Below, one piece after another: positions 56,511 through 64,000 of a DNA stretch of 64,000 bases (within the stretch, counting starts at the first letter, position 1; every line of letters begins with the position of its first letter). Source of the stretch: a virus (lineage: Duplodnaviria > Caudoviricetes). The notes beneath the pieces are model-generated. The model saw only the letters and a program-made list of their open reading frames with translations, was not told where the DNA came from and searched no databases. The stretch covers positions 331-64,330 of the IMG/VR virus record IMGVR_UViG_3300032313_001158; one strand, 5' to 3'. A program made the translations under genes and the position numbers.

Positions 56511-56876
56511 TTAGCTAACTACAAAACTTGTACCGTTAGTTACTGTGGCGCTGCCTAGGTTAACTGACCCTTTTCTAGTACCAATTGCTTGGATGGCTGT
56601 TTGTAATACGCTTGCGTCTGGCGCATTGACACCATCGCAGCACAAGCTGATAGCGCCCGATGTTGGGTGTGCGTAGTAAGCTAGTACTGGTGGAAACACT
56701 TGAATGATTGCTTCAAATGCTTCGTTGGCTGCATCATCTTCAGACGAAAGGTTCACACCTGCAGCGACAACATAAAATACCACACTCTGGCCAACTTCGG
56801 TATATTGAATACCGTTTAGTACGCCAGTTAAACCTGCATAGTTGTAGCCTGCGCTACGATCAATTCCGATTGCCAT
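56511..56876 (-). CDS. abundant virion (capsid decoration-like) protein, paralogue A
   Basis: MAIGIDRSAG; own late promoter, strong RBS and terminator. Confidence 0.6.
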   Translation of the reverse strand: MAIGIDRSAGYNYAGLTGVLNGIQYTEVGQSVVFYVVAAGVNLSSEDDAANEAFEAIIQVFPPVLAYYAHPTSGAISLCCDGVNAPDASVLQTAIQAIGTRKGSVNLGSATVTNGTSFVVS

Positions 56877-56930
56877 TTTGTTTCTCCTAAATTATTTGCG
56901 TGACCGCATGTTAATATTTATCCTGGCCAT

Positions 56931-56956
56931 AAAAAAAGCAGCCGAAGCTGCTTTTT
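56931..56956. terminator. bidirectional terminator
   Basis: AAAAAGCAGC-CGAA-GCTGCTTTTT. Confidence 0.85.
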
Positions 56957-56973
56957 AAACACTCAATGTTAAA

Positions 56974-57423
56974 TTAAGCTAGTTTGATACCGCCGGTGCT
57001 AGTTACTGCAGCAGCCGATGGGCAAACATTACCATATGCTCCGATGTTACCAGCACTACCAACTGGACCTAAAGCACGAATAACATTTTGTAGACTTGTA
57101 TCGCTGTCCCAACCACTGCGCTCAGTGATAACGCTTAACTGTGCTGTTGCACCAGTTGCGTCAACTTGATATGCTAAAACTGTGGCATTTGCTGCAACTG
57201 CTTTTAGTAGTGTGTCAACTGCACCAGTAACACCTGCTCCGCTTGGGCCTTTTAGTTCGTTTGCTAGGTTAGCTGTAATACCTAGTGTAGTAATTTTGTA
57301 AGCCTGGATTGGGCTGTTGATACCTGTGTTGATAATTTGTGCATTTGCATTTTTTGTGTAGCCATCACCAACGTTATTAACTAATTGGGTATCGCCGCTT
57401 ACTCTTGTGACTCCGATTGCCAT
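56974..57423 (-). CDS. abundant virion (capsid decoration-like) protein, paralogue B
   Basis: MAIGVTRVSG; LQNVIRALG shared with paralogue A; same leader. Confidence 0.6.
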   Translation of the reverse strand: MAIGVTRVSGDTQLVNNVGDGYTKNANAQIINTGINSPIQAYKITTLGITANLANELKGPSGAGVTGAVDTLLKAVAANATVLAYQVDATGATAQLSVITERSGWDSDTSLQNVIRALGPVGSAGNIGAYGNVCPSAAAVTSTGGIKLA

Positions 57424-57485
57424 GTTGTTTCTCCTTAATAATTTGCGTTTACCGCATGCTAATATTTATACCAAAGAGAAAAAAA

Positions 57486-58580
57486 TTACAATCTTCCTTG
57501 CACATTTGCGGTAGAAAATACACCACGATTTACTAGTTTTATAAATCCGCTGGGAGTGTTAACGACAAAACCTTCGCCTTTTGGTACGCCATTTACATAC
57601 TGCTCAACACCTTGCACTTGAGGTTCTAGTTGTTCTAAAATAGCCAGTTTTAATGCATAAATTGCCACATAAGCAGCATCCATTGCTTCCATAACTGGAC
57701 GATTTTCTTCTGCTGCAACAATAGCAAACTGTGGTTTTGTAATGTTATTTGCTAACCAATTGGCGTCCGCTGCTTGGCCGGTGTATTTTCGATTATAGTA
57801 TGTTTGTAACTTGGCCACAGTTGTTTGAGTTAATTTACTCAAAAAATCGTCGCCGTTTAATTGTGCGAATCGTTGTACTGCTGCTTGAGCCGCTCGAACC
57901 TGTTGAACCGGCTCTCGAAGTTTGAACCTGTTTCCCATAGTGCCAGTTAGCACTGTTATGTATTGATTGGTCTTTGCCAATCCTCCTGATCCTTGCATGG
58001 ATGTTTTGCCAACTAGTTCTGTTCCCTTGGTTGTCTTTTCTACATCAGTACCAACGGTATGCACTGCCAAACCAAATGATCTACCTTGAATTTCTTTCCC
58101 AACTGGGCTATCAATTTTTACTCGATACTGAACTCCGTAGGGATTGGCTTGAAACACAAAATATCCGTTATCCGTTGATACTGGTTCAGTCCACATAACA
58201 TCGGCCTGTACAAACCCTTTAAAACCAGCTGGGACTATACTTGCTACTGCATCGAACATGTTGGCTAATTTTTGACCAACATCCATATTCTTGCCGTTTT
58301 GTGCAAAAAAGTTTAGTAAGTCTTGTCCCGAAGTCGCTTGTCCGCCAGGCATGGCAATATATTCTTTGTAATTCATTGTGAACATGCCGTTGGCTGTTCT
58401 GCGTCCAAATATGATAGACGGGCTTCCGTCCCATTTGATGCTGACAATAGTGGGATTGGATATTGCTGCCAACATACCGGTTATGGCATCCGTGGCAGCT
58501 TGACTGCCGTTGAGAATAAAATCTTCCGGGTGCGGTGTTCTGATACCTTCAGTTAGTGTTGTTATAAATTCTAATAGCAT
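57486..58580 (-). CDS. RNA-ligase-like ATP-dependent nucleotidyltransferase (DUF6267-like)
   Basis: KWDG (motif I), EGFVV (motif IV) and IKLV (motif V); HPED near the N-terminus. Confidence 0.6.
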   Translation of the reverse strand: MLLEFITTLTEGIRTPHPEDFILNGSQAATDAITGMLAAISNPTIVSIKWDGSPSIIFGRRTANGMFTMNYKEYIAMPGGQATSGQDLLNFFAQNGKNMDVGQKLANMFDAVASIVPAGFKGFVQADVMWTEPVSTDNGYFVFQANPYGVQYRVKIDSPVGKEIQGRSFGLAVHTVGTDVEKTTKGTELVGKTSMQGSGGLAKTNQYITVLTGTMGNRFKLREPVQQVRAAQAAVQRFAQLNGDDFLSKLTQTTVAKLQTYYNRKYTGQAADANWLANNITKPQFAIVAAEENRPVMEAMDAAYVAIYALKLAILEQLEPQVQGVEQYVNGVPKGEGFVVNTPSGFIKLVNRGVFSTANVQGRL

Positions 58581-59326
58581 TATACAAACTTATTTGAGTA
58601 TTTCCTAAACCACCTGGCAGTTCCCGGTAGTGGTGCTGCTTCTGGTAACTGAATATTACTTTTAGATAATGTTTCTCTTGCTGCTGCAATCAGCTGGTCG
58701 TAGTTGGGTCTTTTACTAACAGCGTCCAGAATATCGTCGGCTGTGTTTAACTTGGCAACTGGTATGCCAGTAACATCACTTAGTTTTTTAGCTGATCGTC
58801 CATCTTCAATTGTTTGATTGGTTACCCTATCAACCAATCCATGTTTGTAACTCCATTTTAATCCTGGTTGTAATGCCGATACAATGCTGGCCAAAATAAC
58901 ATGTCTACTCATGCCAGTTAACTTGCTTTCTTCTGGTGCTCCTGACATGCTGAATGCTTGCCAAGCAGGATCGCCAAACATCAGATCGGCTTGCACAAAA
59001 CCGTTGCTGGGGTTGCCGGCAATGGGTGCTTTTACATGAACACTGTCTCCGGATTTTTTGATATCTTTGGCGTCTACACCTTTTGCTAGTAAAACTTTGA
59101 TTAGATCTTCTTTGGTTGTGCTGGTTTCATCTACTGCTAGGTCAAGGTCACCAGAACTGGATTTTCTACCTGTAGTACCTAGCCAATTTTCTGTAGGAAA
59201 GGCAATTCCGGTCGCAGATTCTATCCATTTTATTGTGCTGGCAACGTCATCACGATTGATGCGTTGCGTCAGCGGTGTACCATCTGCGGCTTTAAAAATA
59301 TTTCCGCCTTCGTTGAGTTGCATCAC
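58580..59326 (-). CDS. Pol-beta-family nucleotidyltransferase
   Basis: LGTTGRKSSSGDLDLAV (hG[ST]...DxD) and VQADLM third Asp. Confidence 0.75.
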   Translation of the reverse strand: MMQLNEGGNIFKAADGTPLTQRINRDDVASTIKWIESATGIAFPTENWLGTTGRKSSSGDLDLAVDETSTTKEDLIKVLLAKGVDAKDIKKSGDSVHVKAPIAGNPSNGFVQADLMFGDPAWQAFSMSGAPEESKLTGMSRHVILASIVSALQPGLKWSYKHGLVDRVTNQTIEDGRSAKKLSDVTGIPVAKLNTADDILDAVSKRPNYDQLIAAARETLSKSNIQLPEAAPLPGTARWFRKYSNKFV

Positions 59327-59949
59327 TTTTTCTTTCTCGTGTATCCAGGTAAGTCAACTGGGGTATTTTTAGTAGTGGCCATCTGGGATTGACCCGACGG
59401 TCCACGTGCCATACGTTCCAGGCGGTCAACATCTCCGGGTATAGCAATTCTTGCTCCTGTTTCATCGTACCAATTACCGCCATATTTTGTCACGTATTGA
59501 CCTGATGGCATTCGTACTTGAGCAGGGGCCGGCTGAGCTGCGGCAGGACGAGCAGGTGCCGGTTGAGCGGGATCACCAAACACATCTCTTGCTAACCGTC
59601 GTTTGCCTCTAGTGACACTAGCTTGTTTAACTTTTGCCTGTTCTTTTCGTCTAAGTTCTACATCTTGTTGCTGGGCTATCTTTGCCTTATAGTCTACTAG
59701 AGCTTTCTGTTGTTGCGGGGTTAACCACCCCAATACACCTGGTAAGATTGATTCCGGATTATCTCCATATTTTTCTTGTGATGCTTTAGCAAGCTCTACT
59801 TCGTCAGGCTCTAGTTTGGTTCTTTCTTTTGGATCTAAAGGTCTCTTTGTTTGCTTTAAAGTCTGTAGTGTTGTTTGCAATTGCGAAGGCAACAAAGCCT
59901 TGCCAAAACTTGACGCAAACCCTTCATGTACGATATCTTTAATTTTCAC
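59323..59949 (-). CDS. putative head-cargo protein
   Basis: Likely GTG start (M)KIKDIVHEG; Pro/Ala linker. Confidence 0.6.
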   Translation of the reverse strand: MKIKDIVHEGFASSFGKALLPSQLQTTLQTLKQTKRPLDPKERTKLEPDEVELAKASQEKYGDNPESILPGVLGWLTPQQQKALVDYKAKIAQQQDVELRRKEQAKVKQASVTRGKRRLARDVFGDPAQPAPARPAAAQPAPAQVRMPSGQYVTKYGGNWYDETGARIAIPGDVDRLERMARGPSGQSQMATTKNTPVDLPGYTRKKK

Positions 59950-60187
59950 GCTTGAATCTCCTAACACCGCGAGCGAATTTGGCAGGATCTTGTGCTCTGA
60001 TACTGTTAAGCAATCTGCGCTCTAGTTCAGCTGCTTGCTCACTATCATAGTTTTCTTTGATATAGTTGATCAAATTGATAGCACCCGAGATAACATGCCC
60101 AGCACGACTTTCCACCAAATTTTCACGATCTTTCGTGACTGGCATGTGTGCAAGTTCATCTAAGATACTACGGGTACGCTTTTGCAA
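59939..60187 (-). CDS. conserved late phage protein
   Basis: TTG start with GGAG RBS; TAAATA at 60207-60212. Confidence 0.7.
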   Translation of the reverse strand: MQKRTRSILDELAHMPVTKDRENLVESRAGHVISGAINLINYIKENYDSEQAAELERRLLNSIRAQDPAKFARGVRRFKREN

Positions 60188-60209
60188 GATTTACTCCAAT
60201 ATTATCTAT

Positions 60210-61625
60210 TTATTCAGCTTTGGACTTTAATCCTGCTAGCATCTGCTTGAGCTTGGTACTGTCAACATTACCAGCAATTTTGCTCTCGATGTCAAATCCA
60301 GCTTTGGGTTTAGCAGCAATCATCGGACTAACTGAACTTGTGCTCTTGATTTGATCCATAATTGCTGACGGTTTAGCTCCATATCCGCCGTCATTGCTGT
60401 CTAGTCCCGGGTCAGTGATACGCATGGTTTCGATGTTGTATTCTAAATCCACTTTCATGCCCACGCCTGTACTGCTACGACTTTTCATACATTGTATTTG
60501 ATAGCGGCCACGCTCTTTCATGGCCCTGCTTGTAAAGATACCAAACACGTTATCTGCTGTGTTAATCTTGGATATACCACCTGAAATATGACTATGGTCA
60601 AATTCCACTTCTTCCACTGCACTACGATTCAACTGCGAAGCAGTTACCATTAACATACCCAGTTCTTTGGCCAAGTTACGCAGTTCTTCACTCACATATT
60701 TGTCTTTGACAAACAGGTCATTTGGGCTTACTTTGGCACTTACTGGCATCAACAAGTCCAAGTAGTCAATCATGATAAAGTCAACAGTACGTCCTGTTTG
60801 GATTTGATATTCTTTTAAATATGCACGGATATCATTGATGTTGCTTTGTGCCGGTAATCCTTTGACTTGATATGTGCCTGACTTCTTGCCTACCATTTTT
60901 ACTTTAAGTGTAGTAGTGTCAATGTCCTTGCGAATGTCTTTGGTACTCATGTTACTCAACATGGCATCAGTACGAAGACTAGTTAGCTCTTCACTCAGTT
61001 CCAGTGTAATATAAACACCATTCAATCCTGCTTGTAGCCAGTTCAGGGCAATGTTCATCATCACAAGCGATTTACCAGATCCTGAGCCTCCGGCAAAGAT
61101 GTTTAGTTCTCCTCTACTAAACCCACCGTACAACAGTTTGTCAACGCTGGGCCATCCTGTACTCACTTGTCCACCTGCATTAAAGTATTTGTTAATACGT
61201 GCCGCTGGATCTGCAAAATAATCTGTACCCATATCCTTGGTCAAACTGATATGTACTGCATCCTTGATCAACTTTTCTACAGGATCATATTCGCCTTTTT
61301 CGATCATGTCCGCTGCTTGAAGAATTGCTCGTTCTAATTCTTGCCTACGACTAAAACTTTCAAATTCAGTCAGGAACCAATCGTGATGTCCTCGATCTAG
61401 ATTTGGTATTGATCGCAATTCTGTACCAGTTACTGCTTGAATTTGATCACGTGTGGGTAATGTGCGATGATCATCACTGTGCCGCTTGATGAACTCAGCA
61501 GTAGAACGCAAACTACGATCAAAATTTTCTGCGTTAAATATGTTCTGAACACGCACATAGGTGCTGGCGTCTTCCAACATCATTTCTAAAAACAGTTTCT
61601 GAATATCAGTGTTATAATCTTTCAT
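60210..61625 (-). CDS. replicative DnaB-like helicase (T4 gp41-like)
   Basis: GGSGSGKS Walker A, TLELSE, IDYLDL, TASQLNR and KSR. Confidence 0.93.
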   Translation of the reverse strand: MKDYNTDIQKLFLEMMLEDASTYVRVQNIFNAENFDRSLRSTAEFIKRHSDDHRTLPTRDQIQAVTGTELRSIPNLDRGHHDWFLTEFESFSRRQELERAILQAADMIEKGEYDPVEKLIKDAVHISLTKDMGTDYFADPAARINKYFNAGGQVSTGWPSVDKLLYGGFSRGELNIFAGGSGSGKSLVMMNIALNWLQAGLNGVYITLELSEELTSLRTDAMLSNMSTKDIRKDIDTTTLKVKMVGKKSGTYQVKGLPAQSNINDIRAYLKEYQIQTGRTVDFIMIDYLDLLMPVSAKVSPNDLFVKDKYVSEELRNLAKELGMLMVTASQLNRSAVEEVEFDHSHISGGISKINTADNVFGIFTSRAMKERGRYQIQCMKSRSSTGVGMKVDLEYNIETMRITDPGLDSNDGGYGAKPSAIMDQIKSTSSVSPMIAAKPKAGFDIESKIAGNVDSTKLKQMLAGLKSKAE

Positions 61626-61634
61626 AGGGGCTTT

Positions 61635-62534
61635 TTATAGTAATTTAGGACAAACAAAAGTGCAATATCTTAATTTTTTTTCTTCGATAGTTTCGTAAAA
61701 TTCTTTTAAATTTTCCAAAACTTGTGTAATTGTTGTTTTACTTATATCGTATTTGTCTTTATTTTTGTAAAATTCGCTAGAGTAATAAAATCTACTATCG
61801 GCTACTACACAGCAAGGAACATAAAATCCATCTGCCATGATAAAATGTTCGTTGTTATTTTTTTTACACTTTGCATCAATTTCTATATTTGATGTTGTGG
61901 ACCATTGCAAAACATGTTCAGATCTTTTATCAACCAAGGAAGTTGGTTTCAAGGGATCATCGTCTCCGCTCCATCTGCTGCTGGGGTCTAAATAAAATTT
62001 ATACATTCCCAAATCTGTAGATATTTTTTTTGCTTGTTGTATATTATTTTCATTAAAAGCAAAAGGTATAAATTTCCAAACTGATCTGGTTGTCTTGACT
62101 GTTTCTTCTATTCCAACTTTGATAGATTGCCAGTCAGCATTAATTCTGTATTTTGTAAAATTTTCAGGAATTCCATCTATAGCAAATACAACTGCATCGT
62201 TTTTATCTAATAGCGAACATATTTTCTTCCACCAGTCTCTGGATTTATAACTGCCATTGGTTTCAATTGTGACCAATCCTCCATTTTGTTTGATCCACAA
62301 AACTAATTCAAATAAATCATTGTAGTATATTGGATCTCCTGAGGTTCCGCTAATTATAAACATTTTTTTGTTAATATCAACGTCAATAAAATTTTTTAAA
62401 TGATCCAAATTTAATTGTTTATTGACCCATTTACTTGGAAATTTATCAATAAAGACTGTCCTTGGACATTTTGAACATTTTAATGTGCATATATTTGTTG
62501 GTTCTAAAACAAAGCCAGTAAGTTGTTCAAGCAT
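61635..62534 (-). CDS. radical SAM protein with a C-terminal SPASM/twitch motif
   Basis: CTLKCSKC, GDP, ETNGS, FAIDG, PCC and CTFVC; start MLEQLT. Confidence 0.88.
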   Translation of the reverse strand: MLEQLTGFVLEPTNICTLKCSKCPRTVFIDKFPSKWVNKQLNLDHLKNFIDVDINKKMFIISGTSGDPIYYNDLFELVLWIKQNGGLVTIETNGSYKSRDWWKKICSLLDKNDAVVFAIDGIPENFTKYRINADWQSIKVGIEETVKTTRSVWKFIPFAFNENNIQQAKKISTDLGMYKFYLDPSSRWSGDDDPLKPTSLVDKRSEHVLQWSTTSNIEIDAKCKKNNNEHFIMADGFYVPCCVVADSRFYYSSEFYKNKDKYDISKTTITQVLENLKEFYETIEEKKLRYCTFVCPKLL

Positions 62535-63552
62535 ACAATTTTTTCTTTTTAAGTTCAATTTTAAGACGACTAGTTTCTCTTGCAGCAAGAATACTTTTTA
62601 ATACAAACAATTTACCATACTTGACAACTGCTTCATTGATATCTTTGCAAGTTTCCTGCCATACAGGAAAACTCACAGTCCATCCTGCTTCAACAGCACG
62701 ATCAACAAGTTTTCTACCTGCACGGTCAGTGTCCGGAACAATGATCACTTCACGCTGTAGTCTGTCAATTTGATCAACCTGCACATCAGATATTTCAGCA
62801 CCACTGACACTGACTCCATCAATGCTCATGGCATCAAATGGTCCTTCACATACTATAACAAATTTACTGTCAGGCCGTTGCATGTCTAGATTAAACACAA
62901 AATCTGCAGGATGACTGCTCCAATACTTGGGCTTTATACCATCTGCAATTGATCTAGCAGTGTAACCTACTATTTCTTTTTTATAATAATATGGTATTAC
63001 AATTCTGCGATGCAAGTTGTATGCTTCTTCCGGAGTCCAGAAAAAATTGTACCGGTTGGGATCAATTGATCTACGGTGTACATATTCTATACCGGCCAAT
63101 AACTCAGCAGGTACATTGTTGTAGTCGCCGATGCTGTAAAAATTTGCTAGTTCGACTACATTTTGTGCTTGCTCAGGTAATGTCCTGGCTTCATATTTTA
63201 TTTCTTCTTCTGGAACCCGTTCAAGTTCTTCAGGTGCCACTAGTTCTCGTAATCTGACTGCTTCAATTACTAGTCTGCGTACAGTTAGATCATCTGCTCC
63301 TAACCAGGCGAGAAATTTACGAAACTTGAAAGTTAAATGACGTCCAGGAACAAAACTGGCTTTGAATTGGCAATTAAAGCAATGATAACTTACAGCGCCT
63401 GCGTTTGTTTTGATACCACCTCTACCTCTGGTGTCCGCACTTTCGCCATTATGTACACAGCAAGGTGCATTAAAACTGGTCCAGCCGTTCTGGCCCGTTT
63501 TTTTGCGGGCAGGTAACAACTGCAAAACTGTTTGCTGGATAGAATCTAACAT
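62527..63552 (-). CDS. DNA primase (T4 gp61-like)
   Basis: Zn finger PCC...HCFNC, Toprim CEGPFD, PDTDRAG and KDINE. Confidence 0.92.
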   Translation of the reverse strand: MLDSIQQTVLQLLPARKKTGQNGWTSFNAPCCVHNGESADTRGRGGIKTNAGAVSYHCFNCQFKASFVPGRHLTFKFRKFLAWLGADDLTVRRLVIEAVRLRELVAPEELERVPEEEIKYEARTLPEQAQNVVELANFYSIGDYNNVPAELLAGIEYVHRRSIDPNRYNFFWTPEEAYNLHRRIVIPYYYKKEIVGYTARSIADGIKPKYWSSHPADFVFNLDMQRPDSKFVIVCEGPFDAMSIDGVSVSGAEISDVQVDQIDRLQREVIIVPDTDRAGRKLVDRAVEAGWTVSFPVWQETCKDINEAVVKYGKLFVLKSILAARETSRLKIELKKKKLYA

Positions 63553-63566
63553 CGTGTTATTATATA

Positions 63567-64000
63567 CTAAACTTTGACTTTTGCCAAACGCAATGAAGTC
63601 AAAATTTGAATATACATCCAGCCAATATCAAACTCAAACCAGCGACGACTTAATCTTGCACTGGCTGGATCTAGATGATGATTGTTGTGCAGCTCTTCCC
63701 CGCCAATAACGATACCCCATGGAGAGATGTTGGTACTGGTATCTCTGGTTTCACCGTTGCGATAACCCCACCAGTGCCCGATTCCGTTGATAACTCCGGC
63801 CGCCCATAGTGGTATCCACAGCATTTGTACCAACCATACTATGGCACCCACCCAACCAAAGACGGCAAGGTCGAGCACAAGGCAAAGGCCAATGCCAAGT
63901 CGGCTGTGAGGCGTGTATATGCGACGCTCGATCCAATCATCAGGAGTGCCACGACCGTAAGTATCAACCATTTCCGTATCTTTGCTTGCCGCATGATATA
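63567..64000 (-). CDS. membrane fatty-acid (delta-9 acyl-CoA-type) desaturase, 5' end outside the window
   Basis: AAGVINGIGH, GEELHNNHH histidine box, FEFDIGW. Confidence 0.9.
   Translation of the reverse strand, partial: YHAASKDTEMVDTYGRGTPDDWIERRIYTPHSRLGIGLCLVLDLAVFGWVGAIVWLVQMLWIPLWAAGVINGIGHWWGYRNGETRDTSTNISPWGIVIGGEELHNNHHLDPASARLSRRWFEFDIGWMYIQILTSLRLAKVKV

Noticed and set aside
1-64000. Stop-codon reassignment, as in some jumbo phages
   Set aside because: Conserved genes (nrdA, nrdB, dnaK, helicase, primase) are full length under code 11, and TAA, TGA and TAG all end genes.
1-64000. tRNA, tmRNA or rRNA genes
   Set aside because: No cloverleaf with a T-loop in intergenic space was seen by eye; the GGTTCGA near 8944 lies inside a CDS. 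tRNAscan-SE or ARAGORN would be needed for certainty.

Overview
This 64-kb window is a gene-dense, almost entirely minus-strand segment of a large lytic tailed dsDNA phage (T4-like or jumbo type, standard genetic code). A proteobacterial host, possibly Burkholderiales-like, is inferred from DnaK, IscU, the phasin-like gene and the desaturase. It encodes replication genes (primase, DnaB/gp41-type helicase, exonucleases, NrdAB plus glutaredoxin) and virion genes (tail-fibre-like proteins, PAAR, beta-helix protein, head proteins). Host-like auxiliary genes include DnaK, Hsp20, ClpS, bS21, IscU/IscA, UvsE, Ugd, an amidinotransferase, three radical SAM enzymes, a peptidase S11, a SleB-type hydrolase and a desaturase. 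Two promoter classes are visible: repeated sigma70 early cassettes and TAAATA late promoters. The most notable signals are: (1) a family of proteins with a T4-CTS-like N-terminal tag, several built as enzyme polyproteins with E-site linkers (putative injected effectors, including an RNA-ligase/nucleotidyltransferase pair); (2) an unannotated 24-aa apidaecin-like proline-rich peptide whose stop codon is followed by an anti-RBS for the next gene; (3) an unannotated ArfA-like 49-aa protein; (4) ROSE-like RNA thermometers before both dnaK and hsp20; (5) a phasin-like gene behind a PhaR-type operator. All assignments come from recognising motifs by eye; no database searches were run.
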